A DNA stretch of 59,107 nucleotides from IMG/VR virus record IMGVR_UViG_3300023184_000140, positions 1 to 59,107 of that record; one strand, given 5' to 3'. The DNA is from a virus (lineage: Duplodnaviria > Caudoviricetes). Positions 17,408 to 27,253 of this stretch are shown here, in pieces. How positions within the stretch are numbered: the stretch's first letter is position 1; each line of letters starts with the position of its first letter. A program made the position numbers and the translations under genes. Under the pieces are notes generated by a model. It had not been told where the DNA came from. It worked only from the letters and a program-made list of their open reading frames with translations, and ran no database searches.

Positions 17408-18247
17408 ATGGTAGCCTTACCACCTCGCCCAGAGCAGGTCGTAATAGATAGAATTTATGAGAGCATAAAACAAGAAAAATCTAATTCTGATTTATACCTC
17501 GGTCGTCTCGGCGCATCTTTCATAGGCGAAGATTGCATACGTAAAATTTGGTTTAGCTGGCGTTCATTTACTTCTTCGTCATTTGACGGTAGAATACTGA
17601 GATTGTTTGAAACAGGGCATCTTCAAGAAGATAGAATCGTCAATGATTTACGCCGTGCTGGTTTTCAGATTTGGGCAAAAGACGATGATGGAAAACAGTT
17701 TGAGTTTAAAGATGACACAGGGCATTTTGTAACTAAAGTTGACGGTATAATGAAGGGAGTGCCGGAAAGCGAAAACACGGCGCATCTGTTGGAAGTTAAA
17801 ACTCACAATAAAGACAGTTTCAACGGGTTAAACAAAAAAGGTGTTCAAGACTCAAAGCCAACGCATTATGCCCAGATGCAGTACAGTATGGCGCTCATGG
17901 GTCTAAACCGAGGTATGTATGTAGCTGTTTGCAAAGATAATGAACAGTTTTACGTAGAGCGTATCAGGGAAGATCGTGCTGAGCAGAAGAAGTTAGCTAC
18001 AAAAGTAATCAAGCTTGTAGAAGCTAGAATGCGCCCCGCCGGTATAAGTGACGATGCTTCATCTTTCGGTTGTAAATTTTGTGACCAAAAAGCTGTTTGC
18101 TTGAAACAAGAAAAGCCGTTAAAAACATGTCGTTCTTGCGTTAACTCTGCAGCTACTCAAAACGGCAGTTGGACATGTCTCAGAGACGAAACAGTACTAA
18201 CCCAAGATCAGCAAAGAGCCGCATGTGAACATTACGAGGCATTATGA
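17408..18247 (+). CDS. Cas4-like PD-(D/E)XK exonuclease with probable Fe-S cluster
   Basis: LGASFIGEDC, VDG, LLEVKT, HYAQMQY, CKFC...C and CRSC motifs. Confidence 0.85.
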   Translation: MVALPPRPEQVVIDRIYESIKQEKSNSDLYLGRLGASFIGEDCIRKIWFSWRSFTSSSFDGRILRLFETGHLQEDRIVNDLRRAGFQIWAKDDDGKQFEFKDDTGHFVTKVDGIMKGVPESENTAHLLEVKTHNKDSFNGLNKKGVQDSKPTHYAQMQYSMALMGLNRGMYVAVCKDNEQFYVERIREDRAEQKKLATKVIKLVEARMRPAGISDDASSFGCKFCDQKAVCLKQEKPLKTCRSCVNSAATQNGSWTCLRDETVLTQDQQRAACEHYEAL

Positions 18248-18720
18248 TAACAGTCGGCATTGACCCAGGATTAGATGGCGCTATAGCATTCCTCTCTGAT
18301 GGCGCTTTCTTAGCCGTAGAAGACATGCCGATTATAATCAAAGGTACGGGTACAGTTAAAAGGGAAGTTGATCCTGCAGGGTTGATTCGGCTACTCAGAC
18401 AGCATGTTCCAGCTGACGATAAATGTGCGGCAGCTTTAGAGCGTGTGAATGCTATGCCAGGTCAAGGAGTATCAAGTGTTTTCAGTCTAGGTGACAGTTT
18501 CGGCTGCGCCAGATCAGCTATAGCAGCGTGTAGTTATGAGATGCACGTGGTAACACCCGTCACTTGGAAAAAGCATTTTAAATTGACAAGCGACAAAGAT
18601 CTATCGAGAGCGTTAGCCGTAAAGCTGTTTCCTAACGCACCTATCCATCTAAAGAAGCATACCGACAGAGCAGAAGCTCTATTAATGGCACGCTGGTTAT
18701 ATGAGGTGAATCATGCTTAA
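18244..18720 (+). CDS. RuvC-like Holliday junction resolvase
   Basis: GIDPGLDGA, LERV.AMPGQGVSSVFSLG, P..WKK and DRAEALL motifs. Confidence 0.88.
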   Translation: MITVGIDPGLDGAIAFLSDGAFLAVEDMPIIIKGTGTVKREVDPAGLIRLLRQHVPADDKCAAALERVNAMPGQGVSSVFSLGDSFGCARSAIAACSYEMHVVTPVTWKKHFKLTSDKDLSRALAVKLFPNAPIHLKKHTDRAEALLMARWLYEVNHA

Positions 18721-18973
18721 CGTAAAAACCGCAAGAAACGTAGAAACTCGTAAGATATTTGAGAAGCCTAAAAAGGTTCCTCATGTTACTACAAAAGAGC
18801 TTGTAATCCGCAGTGAAGAACTGTTCAACAGTGAATACGCTACTGATGAAATTAATCTAGCTAATCGTGAAAAATGGGTTAAATCTATTATGATTTTAGG
18901 TGATAGATGGCTATTTGCTAAACCTATTCCTAAACCAGAAATGCCGTTAGAAGAAAAAGAACCCCGAAATTAA
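18713..18973 (+). CDS. Hypothetical protein
   Basis: 86 aa, GAGGTG RBS; last gene of the rightward arm. Confidence 0.75.
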   Translation: MLNVKTARNVETRKIFEKPKKVPHVTTKELVIRSEELFNSEYATDEINLANREKWVKSIMILGDRWLFAKPIPKPEMPLEEKEPRN

Positions 18974-18980
18974 TCGGGGT
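18951..18980 (-). terminator. Rho-independent terminator at the convergence of the early and late arms
   Basis: ACCCCGA-N6-TCGGGGT hairpin followed by TCTTTTTC on the minus strand. Confidence 0.7.
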
Positions 18981-19004
18981 AAACCCACTTACGTGAGGAG
19001 AAAG

Positions 19005-20999
19005 CTATTTTTGGTTAGCTTCTTCAGCTCGTATGTCATCTTCTATACTTGGTCCACCACTAGGTGATGCGATATCAGATTCAATATCGTTTTCTATAGG
19101 TTTAGGTGTTTCTTGATCTGACGGTGACGGGAATATTGCGCTTGAGGTTCCTGTCACTGTTCCTCTTTCTATAGCTGAAGCTTTGAGAGCTTTTGGACCG
19201 GCTTGAGCAGCATGGTTCTCTAAAGCTTTAACAGCTGCCGCTACTTGTTTAGGGTCGCTAGCCATCAACATATCTGCTAATTTATCAGCAGTAGCATCTG
19301 TCATTTGCGTTTTACGTAGACCTGTCAAAGCCGTTTTTGTCAAAGAATTCCAGAAACCGCCGGTAACTGCATCAGCAATTGCTCCACCTATCTCATTACC
19401 TTCTTCAAGCTTTTTACCCATCTCTGTACGCTTTGCAGTACGAGAGTTCGATAGAATAGTATTAGCTTGATGGAACAATTGAGATTCACGCTCTAAAGCA
19501 TTTTTAAACACTCTAAACTGTTTTGGGCTGTCAAACAAAGGTTTCAATTTGTCTTGCATTTCAATACCGCCGATGATACGTTGGGCAGCATTAAAGTTTG
19601 TTGAAGGATTCATAACACGGCTATAAAGGTCTCTAGCAACGCCTGTACGGAACGCATGCTTTTCAGCATCACTCATGTTTTTTACTAAACTAACTACTTG
19701 TTCATGATCCATACCGCCAAAATCATCCATACCTTTACGCATAGCATCTATGACTTCCATGTCGCCAGCGTAAGAACCACGAGCTGTTTTGTAATCAGGT
19801 ACAATGTTGTCAAGTCGGTCAACAAATCCTTTACGCAGCTGTTTTAAAGCTGTAGCTTCTGCTGTTGACATACCTTTAGCGCTTTTATAACCGGCATCGA
19901 TGCTAGCATCAATACCCCGTTTAATGTAGTCTAAAGTACGAACGTCTGGCAACTGTGTAACTTCAACACCTATAGGGTTTAGTTTATCATCCCTGATAAC
20001 TTTGTACAGATTTTGCAGTTCGTATTTAGACGGGTCTTCACCTCTAACCTTAGCAGCTAAAGCTTCCGCATCTGCGATCTCTTTAGCTTTATCAAAGAAG
20101 TTTTTAAAAGCAGGTGATTTTAAGACCTCGTTAATGACTGGATCATCGACCGTACCGTATTCGTAAGCTTGGTCGTAAAGAGTGTCAGCTTTTTTACGAA
20201 GTTCGCCAACCATTCTTTGTTCGTCAGCATAATAATCTCCTGGTTTTAAACCTTTTGAAGCCTGACTATATGTACGCTCTCTAATTCCTGCTTTTTGCTG
20301 AGTTAAACCTTTTTCAATCTTACGAGCCGCTTTACCGCTACGCTGAGCAACTGCTTCTGCTAAGTCTGTAACCGCTTCCCCGACATTAGCAACTTTAGAA
20401 GGTACGTTTAAAGCTCTATCCCGCTGCATGATACGTTTAATATCATTTGGAGACATTCCTGAATCAGACAAAGCTTCGGTAAACTTTTGCAAAGCTCGTT
20501 GCTCAGTTAATGCGTCAGTTGGACGTATTCTTTCTTTAGCCCAATTATAAAGACCTTTACCTGTTCGCATTGCTATAGGTAAAGTACCACCTAAAGTAGT
20601 ACCTATAACACCACCTGTAACAGCTCCAGCACCACGGTCTTCTTCAGCAGAACCAGCACCTGATATAGCACCTGTTACACCGCCGGTAGCAGCCAGCCTA
20701 GCAAGCGCATTAAGAGTAGAGCGTTGAACTTGAGCAGCACCGGCAGCTTGCCCACCAGGAACGAACATAGCAGCAACCCCAGGAAGAAAGCCGCCGCCGA
20801 ATTCGGCAGCTCCGCTAACATATGGGTTTTCTTTAGAAAATTGACCGTATTCTTTACGTATTTTATTCAGGTTCTGTTGGTAATCACCATCACCTGATTT
20901 AGCACGTAGCCATGCTTCAGCTTCATCACCCCAACCCATACCTAAACCCTGCCCAATTGCAGCTCGGGCAAGGTTTGTGCCGTAGTTCTTAGTAGCCAT
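19005..20999 (-). CDS. Internal virion / DNA ejection protein
   Basis: 664 aa; GQGLGMGWGDEAEA N-terminus and Gly/Ala membrane-like segment; last gene of the morphogenesis module. Confidence 0.75.
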   Translation of the reverse strand: MATKNYGTNLARAAIGQGLGMGWGDEAEAWLRAKSGDGDYQQNLNKIRKEYGQFSKENPYVSGAAEFGGGFLPGVAAMFVPGGQAAGAAQVQRSTLNALARLAATGGVTGAISGAGSAEEDRGAGAVTGGVIGTTLGGTLPIAMRTGKGLYNWAKERIRPTDALTEQRALQKFTEALSDSGMSPNDIKRIMQRDRALNVPSKVANVGEAVTDLAEAVAQRSGKAARKIEKGLTQQKAGIRERTYSQASKGLKPGDYYADEQRMVGELRKKADTLYDQAYEYGTVDDPVINEVLKSPAFKNFFDKAKEIADAEALAAKVRGEDPSKYELQNLYKVIRDDKLNPIGVEVTQLPDVRTLDYIKRGIDASIDAGYKSAKGMSTAEATALKQLRKGFVDRLDNIVPDYKTARGSYAGDMEVIDAMRKGMDDFGGMDHEQVVSLVKNMSDAEKHAFRTGVARDLYSRVMNPSTNFNAAQRIIGGIEMQDKLKPLFDSPKQFRVFKNALERESQLFHQANTILSNSRTAKRTEMGKKLEEGNEIGGAIADAVTGGFWNSLTKTALTGLRKTQMTDATADKLADMLMASDPKQVAAAVKALENHAAQAGPKALKASAIERGTVTGTSSAIFPSPSDQETPKPIENDIESDIASPSGGPSIEDDIRAEEANQK

Positions 21000-23248
21000 T
21001 ATTCTATACCTCCCGCAGGAGCAGGTGTAGTTTCACGATATAAACCTTGGTTAACTTCGTTAAGTCGTTTGTTATGACGTTGGCGAGTAGCTTCTAAAGC
21101 TTTGTAAGCGTCTTTCAAAATGAAGGCTCGTTCTTCTTTACTCTTAGCTCCAATACCTTGTACGCTTAAAAGTATAGCACGTTCGCCTTCTGTTGGGTTG
21201 CCTCCAAAAGCTGATTTCAGGGAGCTTAAAACTTGTTTAGCTAACAAATTTTCTTGTTCTCTAGTAGCTAAAACTTTTGGATCTTTAGAACCCGTTTCTT
21301 CAAGAAGTTTACGTTGAGCTTTATCTACAAAAGAAGAATCAAACGTATTTGGATTTAAAGCATACGCTTTTTTCAAGCTAGCCATTGCTGCGTCTGTAGC
21401 GGCTAAAGCGTCTTCTGTTTCAGACTTCATTTTAACTTCTACAGGAGTCAATTTACCCTGTTGGTTTTTAACATTCTCAAACTTCGCTTGCTCTAAATTA
21501 AACTTACCTTGAGAAAGAGCTAAGTTGGCTTGCGCTGTAGTCATACCAGCTAAAGCAGCGGTTATGCCAGCCATTTGTTTTTCGATATTAAGATCAGCGA
21601 TCTTTTCTACACGTTTCTGGAACTCAGGAGTGCCAGGAGTTAAACCTTCGTCCCTAGCTTGTTTACCAGCAGTAGACTGCGGTTCGCCTGATTTGACGTA
21701 TTCTTTCATCATCTCAACGGCGATAGCTCGTTTGTCTTTGCTTTGTTCACCAGCCAGCGCACGTAAAGAAGCAACCTCATCTTTAGCGGTTTGCATCTTC
21801 AACTTCTGACCTTCAATACCTAACTGTAAACCCAAAGTTCTCTTTTGAGTATTGGTTAGACGTTTTTCTTTCTCAATATCAGCCATCACATTACCGGCTT
21901 CAGATACGTTCTCGGTGAACTGACCTGTTTTAGTAGGTTTGCCGAAAGCAGATGCGAGTCTGAAATACATTTCAGCTTTGCTAGGTGCTTCGTCACCGCC
22001 TTTCATAGCATTGGTTATCATGTTTTGAAAAGCAGTTGCTTCATCAGATGCTCTTTTGTTAGCCGCTTTAATTTCTGTAGCGTAGTCTGTGTCTCCAGTA
22101 GAATATCTTGCTAACATTGCGCTGAGCATGTCTTGTTTAGGAAGAGTTTGTTCTTCCATAACTTTGTTGTCAGGAAGCATAGGTATATCTTCTACCGGAC
22201 TCACCATCTGTGGAGGACGAGGATAATTATCAAAATCTACTTTTTCTGCCCGTATGTCTGTATGCGTAGGAGAAGTCTCGGTAATTATAGGTCTATCTAC
22301 GTTAACCATAGAAGCATCTGGCCAATACTTACCTTGGAAATCTACTCCAGCAAGCTGCATTCCGTCAAGATCGTTTTCTCCACCCGTGTAAAAATGAGTT
22401 TTAACGGGACCACCATGAGCAAACCCTACAAACTTTTGACCAGGATTAGCGTCAGTATATTGTTTAATAAGACCAAGTGCTCCAGTGCCCAACGGAACGG
22501 CTGATGCAGGCACTGTGGTAGGTTTATCAGTGTAGTATCCGCGAACGCCACCAACCATAGTTAACGGTTCTCCATTTGGTCCGTAACCCCAAGAACCGTA
22601 AGTGTATGTAGGCGAGTTTACAGGTTGTACTTCAGGTTTGCTAAACTGCCCTTGCCCAGTATAATACTGAGCTTGGTTATACATGTTATTATTTGGGTTA
22701 GACATCGCCCCATAGTAGTTGTTTACGTAGTCTTTGTACGTAGTTTGATCTGTATTGTATTTGTTTAACAAATCTTCATATTTAGGCTGAGCAAAATTAT
22801 AAGCCGCTAAATCTGTTTGATATTGCTTAGCTACAGTCGGATAGTTTTTAACCGCAGCGTTATACGCAGCTAAATCCGTCCCGTATTGGCTTTTAGCTTG
22901 GTTGTATGCCGCCAAATCATCTTGGTATTTAAGCTGATTAGCAGCTATGACTTCTGGTGTAGCTTGTTGATAATCATACAGAGCTACTTGATAATTAGTA
23001 TCGGCTAAGTTGTAAGCGTCTTTTTGAGCCTGAGTAGCTTTTGACCCAAGAGGCTTAGGAGCTACAGGTTTAACTGGAGCAACGTATGCTTTTGGAGCAA
23101 CTTGTGTAAATGCTACGGGAGCTACAGGTTTAGTTAGCTCAGAAGGCTTAACAGGAGCCTCGCCAGGATCTTCAGCACCAGAATAATTAGCTAACGTAGG
23201 AGTGCTAATACCGTACTGCCTCATCAATTGATCAAGTTCGTATCCCAT
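20999..23248 (-). CDS. Internal virion / ejection protein
   Basis: 749 aa; Pro-rich and Y-x6 heptad repeats, coiled coil; FAHGG and FYTGG motifs. Confidence 0.7.
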   Translation of the reverse strand: MGYELDQLMRQYGISTPTLANYSGAEDPGEAPVKPSELTKPVAPVAFTQVAPKAYVAPVKPVAPKPLGSKATQAQKDAYNLADTNYQVALYDYQQATPEVIAANQLKYQDDLAAYNQAKSQYGTDLAAYNAAVKNYPTVAKQYQTDLAAYNFAQPKYEDLLNKYNTDQTTYKDYVNNYYGAMSNPNNNMYNQAQYYTGQGQFSKPEVQPVNSPTYTYGSWGYGPNGEPLTMVGGVRGYYTDKPTTVPASAVPLGTGALGLIKQYTDANPGQKFVGFAHGGPVKTHFYTGGENDLDGMQLAGVDFQGKYWPDASMVNVDRPIITETSPTHTDIRAEKVDFDNYPRPPQMVSPVEDIPMLPDNKVMEEQTLPKQDMLSAMLARYSTGDTDYATEIKAANKRASDEATAFQNMITNAMKGGDEAPSKAEMYFRLASAFGKPTKTGQFTENVSEAGNVMADIEKEKRLTNTQKRTLGLQLGIEGQKLKMQTAKDEVASLRALAGEQSKDKRAIAVEMMKEYVKSGEPQSTAGKQARDEGLTPGTPEFQKRVEKIADLNIEKQMAGITAALAGMTTAQANLALSQGKFNLEQAKFENVKNQQGKLTPVEVKMKSETEDALAATDAAMASLKKAYALNPNTFDSSFVDKAQRKLLEETGSKDPKVLATREQENLLAKQVLSSLKSAFGGNPTEGERAILLSVQGIGAKSKEERAFILKDAYKALEATRQRHNKRLNEVNQGLYRETTPAPAGGIE

Positions 23249-23257
23249 TTTTATTCC

Positions 23258-24649
23258 TTAAATACTTGTCAGAGCTTTGCCAGTGTAGTAAGCAGTTGCC
23301 AGTTGAGACAACGGAGAAGGAGAATACGACGCTCCAGTAGTGCTTCCTGACTGAGTTTGTGAAGTAGGAGTAATCGGAGCCATACCGCGAACCTGCGTAC
23401 TGAGCCAATCTGCCTGTTGTTTCGGATAATCACGTTTATCAACAAACTGTTGGTAAGCCGCATCAAGAGTAGCTTGTTGTTGCCTTTGTTGAGCCTGACC
23501 AGCAGCTTCCAAAGATGCGACATCGGTATTACGCATAGCTTGTTCTTGCTGTTGCATCTGCGCATAACTACCTAACGCACCCATCTGACGCTGGTAATCT
23601 GCCGCTTGAGCTTGTTGAGCCGCCTGAGCAGCACTTAAACCAAACTGTTGTTGAGCTTGTCCAGCTCCTGTTTGCATCTGCCCGAGGTTAGCTAAATTCT
23701 GCTGTTGTTGAGAAGTCAATTGACCAGCAGTTTGGCCTAAATTAGTTAGATTCTGCTGTTGTTGCCCAGTGAGCTGCCCAGCCGTGCTAGCTAACTGAGC
23801 CTGTCTAGCGAGGTCAGCTTGAGACGCAGACAAAGCCTGTCCGTAACCTTGATTAGCTAACTGAGCTTGTTGATTTAAAATACCTTCTTGAGTATCCCTT
23901 AAAGCACGAGATCCGAACTCACCCATACGACCGCTACCGAACTGACCAGCGCGTATAAATGCGTCTGAAACTCCTGGCAGAAGGTTTTCAGACAGATTAC
24001 GGGCACCTTGTCTAGCCATAACGTCCATGACGTTCTGCTGATAAGGCGACATGTACTGGTTAATATTAGCAGCAGAAGACTGGGCAGCTGTTTGAAGATA
24101 AGGATCCGCTGCGCCCGTTATACTTTGTTGCCCCGCCTGAGCTAAGTAAGGTTGAGCGGCACCTGTTATATCTTGCTGACCGGCTCTGTTGTAATAATCT
24201 TGTCCAGCAGTTAGATTGCTACCTACAAGACTAGGGTTTAAATACCTGTCTTGCGCAGTGTTCAACTGGTCTGACGTACCTTTTCCAGCGTAGCCGTACA
24301 TGTCTGTTTGCGCAGCATCGATACCTGACTGCCAAAAACCTTGATTATTAGCTACGTTTTTATAAGCCTGTTGCTGTAACGGAGAAAGCTCAGCAACACG
24401 GGGAGCATTATACTCTTGATACGGTTTACTAGCAAGATTGCTAGCCATTTGAATCTGAGTATAAATGGCGTCTTGCATCCACTTCGGAGTCTCTGAAGTA
24501 GTTGTAACGTAAGACGTAGCGGTTTGCGGAGCACCTTGAAAAAGACTAGTGCTAGTTGAAGGTTTAGCCGCAGCCGCCGGTGCTGGAGCTGCAGTTGTTT
24601 TTGGAGCACTGTAAGACGCACCGCTCATTTGGTTTACAGTAGTAGCCAT
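23258..24649 (-). CDS. Gln-rich DNA transfer (pilot) protein
   Basis: 463 aa; INQYMSPYQQNV, AGQFGSGR and Q/A/G repeats, as in podovirus ejection proteins. Confidence 0.75.
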   Translation of the reverse strand: MATTVNQMSGASYSAPKTTAAPAPAAAAKPSTSTSLFQGAPQTATSYVTTTSETPKWMQDAIYTQIQMASNLASKPYQEYNAPRVAELSPLQQQAYKNVANNQGFWQSGIDAAQTDMYGYAGKGTSDQLNTAQDRYLNPSLVGSNLTAGQDYYNRAGQQDITGAAQPYLAQAGQQSITGAADPYLQTAAQSSAANINQYMSPYQQNVMDVMARQGARNLSENLLPGVSDAFIRAGQFGSGRMGEFGSRALRDTQEGILNQQAQLANQGYGQALSASQADLARQAQLASTAGQLTGQQQQNLTNLGQTAGQLTSQQQQNLANLGQMQTGAGQAQQQFGLSAAQAAQQAQAADYQRQMGALGSYAQMQQQEQAMRNTDVASLEAAGQAQQRQQQATLDAAYQQFVDKRDYPKQQADWLSTQVRGMAPITPTSQTQSGSTTGASYSPSPLSQLATAYYTGKALTSI

Positions 24650-26583
24650 TATGCTGCTCCCTTCAAATACTGTAATGGTGATTTAGCATTCGGGCTAAAC
24701 TTACCTTTGGCCATTTCTTTACCTTTTTGTTTACGTAACTGTTGGCGCATCGCATCTAAACGTAGAGCACCTTCTTTGTTAGAACCGTCTCCTAACAACG
24801 CTACTGTTTCAGCATCCATAACATATTCTCCGTCTGAAAGCTTTGCATCAATGGTGTCTTCTCGACCAGAACCCGCACCCTGTGCAAACCTACCTATCAT
24901 AGAAAGAGGACCACCTTGAGCTAATTTATGAACAGGCGTATTATAAGTTCCAGAAGTAATTTTATTCCAATTCGTAGCCATGTAAGAATCTAAACTTTGA
25001 TTAGCTCTGTTTGCATCTTGCTGCATTCTTGCCCAGTCCCATTGCACAGAAGGTCTGTTAAAATACTCTTGCTGACTAGGTGACATACCGCTTATAGCTT
25101 TTTGGGCATCAGGTGGTCTTTGCATTGATGAGGCTAAAAGAGCCATAGTTGCTAAGTTTCCAGCACCACCAAACCCGCTCAAGCCTCCCCCGCCTCCAGC
25201 TGTTTGAGTACCTATAGAAGCACCTATCGGATTATTATAACCCGCCGGAGCCATCAGATTATTTGAAATACCTCCGTTTGACGGAACAGTACTGAAATTA
25301 CCTGACATTGACCTAACAGTATCAGATGCGGCAGAAGGACTACCTAGACTATAATTTGCGTTTTGAGTTCCTGTGTCAACGTATTTTAAACCACCGGTGT
25401 CGCTATACGGATTTTGATAAAGCCCTGTAGGTACTTCAGAACCAACCGTAGAAAGAGAAGTTTTTAACCCGTCAACAGTCATGTCAGCCGGTTTCATTTT
25501 CAAGCCTAATGACGAATCCGGAGTGCCGCTCAAAGCGTTTGAGGTGTATTGAGTTCCTCCAGCAGCTAAAGCTGTCAATGCTGCCGCTTTAGGGTCGTAA
25601 CCTACGGTTAAAGCGTTACCGAAACTCCTACCCGCAGCTCCTCCAAACCCGCTACCAGTACCTACAGCATTTCCTATAGCTCCGCCAAGTGCTCCTTGCG
25701 TAGCACCGCCTAAGAAACCTTTACCTGTAGCCATGCCGGCGACACCGCCAACTAAACCGCTACCGAGAATAGATTCACCGGCTTTTCCTAAACCTAAACC
25801 TAAAGTACTGTTAGCAGCGTTTCCTACAACACCACCTAAACCGCCACCTAAGCCGCCCATAAGCGCACCTTGTAGCACGTTACCGCCAGTTAGAGCAGAG
25901 GAGGCTCCACCTATGATAGCACTACCTAACATAGATGCGCCTACACCTGTAGCACCTAAACTAGTTCCGATAATTGTTCCAAGTCCTGGGGCGATTACGC
26001 TTAAAGCGATAGGTAAAATAGCACCTAAAAGACCGCCGCCTTTAAATTCACGTAGTCCGGTGTTAGGGTTGATTGTCCCTGAACCACCCATTCTACGTAA
26101 TACTTCAGCTTCTCTAGGGTTGATATGAGCTAACATTGTGTCGCCACCGCGACCTTGGTTAGCTAAGCTCCTAGCAACAGCCAAACCACCGCGAGCGAAA
26201 CCTTGTTTAGTGAGTCGTTCTTCCACACCGTAAAGAGCAACTAGCAGAGATATAACGAACACTTGGTCAAACTGAGGAGGAGCTTGATCTTCTGTGACTA
26301 CACCGTCTTTAATAGCCGCAGCTCTGACCTGTTCGTAGTTTTCAGGATGTTGAAGAACATACTCTAGCATTTTAATGATTTCTTGAACGTCTCCAGCCAT
26401 GATGGGCATACCGGAGATTTGTTGTTCAATCATGTCAATCGCTTGCTGGAACCTTGGGTCTCGGTTTGCGATGTCTAAAATAGCTTGTTTATTCAAAGCA
26501 GGACGCTCACCACCTTGCATATCTGCAGGAGGAGGTTCAGCAGGAGCCATTTGCATAGGATCCATCATAGTATTCTCATTCAT
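24649..26583 (-). CDS. Internal virion protein with Gly-rich membrane segment and tape-measure-like C-terminal motif
   Basis: FARGG...GRGGDTMLAHINPREA...GTINPNTGL; glycine zipper; LAQGG...GSGREDTIDAKLSDGEYV. Confidence 0.75.
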   Translation of the reverse strand: MNENTMMDPMQMAPAEPPPADMQGGERPALNKQAILDIANRDPRFQQAIDMIEQQISGMPIMAGDVQEIIKMLEYVLQHPENYEQVRAAAIKDGVVTEDQAPPQFDQVFVISLLVALYGVEERLTKQGFARGGLAVARSLANQGRGGDTMLAHINPREAEVLRRMGGSGTINPNTGLREFKGGGLLGAILPIALSVIAPGLGTIIGTSLGATGVGASMLGSAIIGGASSALTGGNVLQGALMGGLGGGLGGVVGNAANSTLGLGLGKAGESILGSGLVGGVAGMATGKGFLGGATQGALGGAIGNAVGTGSGFGGAAGRSFGNALTVGYDPKAAALTALAAGGTQYTSNALSGTPDSSLGLKMKPADMTVDGLKTSLSTVGSEVPTGLYQNPYSDTGGLKYVDTGTQNANYSLGSPSAASDTVRSMSGNFSTVPSNGGISNNLMAPAGYNNPIGASIGTQTAGGGGGLSGFGGAGNLATMALLASSMQRPPDAQKAISGMSPSQQEYFNRPSVQWDWARMQQDANRANQSLDSYMATNWNKITSGTYNTPVHKLAQGGPLSMIGRFAQGAGSGREDTIDAKLSDGEYVMDAETVALLGDGSNKEGALRLDAMRQQLRKQKGKEMAKGKFSPNAKSPLQYLKGAA

Positions 26584-27035
26584 AACTTACCTCTACGCCA
26601 TGCGTGTGTGTAATATTCTTCTGCTAAAAAGCCGTATATGTGTAGATCATCATCTGCGAAAGATTTACGCATTATACCTTCTAGTTTGAAACCTAAATGT
26701 TCTACAAAATTCTTTGAAGCTTCGTTTTTACCTCTAATTAGACCAGTTACTCTAGCAGCCCCAAGCTGGTCAAACGTGTAGCTAAAAACAGCATTAAACA
26801 ATGTTAAAACTTCTTTCGGTGAATCAAACCCTTTAGGTTTTAAAGCAATGTTTATGTCTACGTTCCTAGATGAAAAATTTGTAAAAACAACAGCGCATGT
26901 AAATTCATTGTTTTCATCTACCACAGACATAACTCTGCAAAACCCTGTTATGTTTAGAGCACCTACACGTTCTTTTACCCATTTTTCAGCTTCTTCCTCT
27001 CGGTTAAAGCCGATGAATCTCATCATGTTAAACAC
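26580..27035 (-). CDS. GNAT acetyltransferase (DUF2824 / T7 gp13-like)
   Basis: YTFDQLGAARVTGLI...NEASKNFVEHLGFKLEG.MR is a RimJ-like pattern; lies between the nozzle and ejection genes. Confidence 0.85.
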   Translation of the reverse strand: MFNMMRFIGFNREEEAEKWVKERVGALNITGFCRVMSVVDENNEFTCAVVFTNFSSRNVDINIALKPKGFDSPKEVLTLFNAVFSYTFDQLGAARVTGLIRGKNEASKNFVEHLGFKLEGIMRKSFADDDLHIYGFLAEEYYTHAWRRGKL

Positions 27036-27253
27036 TGGCAGAGACGCTCTGCCCAGTCTAACCAGTTGTCATACTGGTACGGGTTTGGTGGGTTTCTACC
27101 GATGTCAGTATTGTTTAAAAACTGGACAGCCCAGTTTTGCCATTGCGTAACATCGTCAAGACGACCAAACGAACCATAAGAATCAAGATCTAAAACGATC
27201 TGGTCAGCCCAGTCGTTTAAAGACATATATGTAGGTCTAGTTATAGTCGTCAT
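27023..27253 (-). CDS. Hypothetical virion-module protein
   Basis: 76 aa, Trp-rich, coupled to both neighbours. Confidence 0.75.
   Translation of the reverse strand: MTTITRPTYMSLNDWADQIVLDLDSYGSFGRLDDVTQWQNWAVQFLNNTDIGRNPPNPYQYDNWLDWAERLCQCLT

Noticed and set aside
17408-18247. Cas4-like gene as part of a CRISPR system
   Set aside because: No repeat-spacer array or other cas genes were seen; the Sak4/SSB/RuvC context indicates a phage recombination nuclease.
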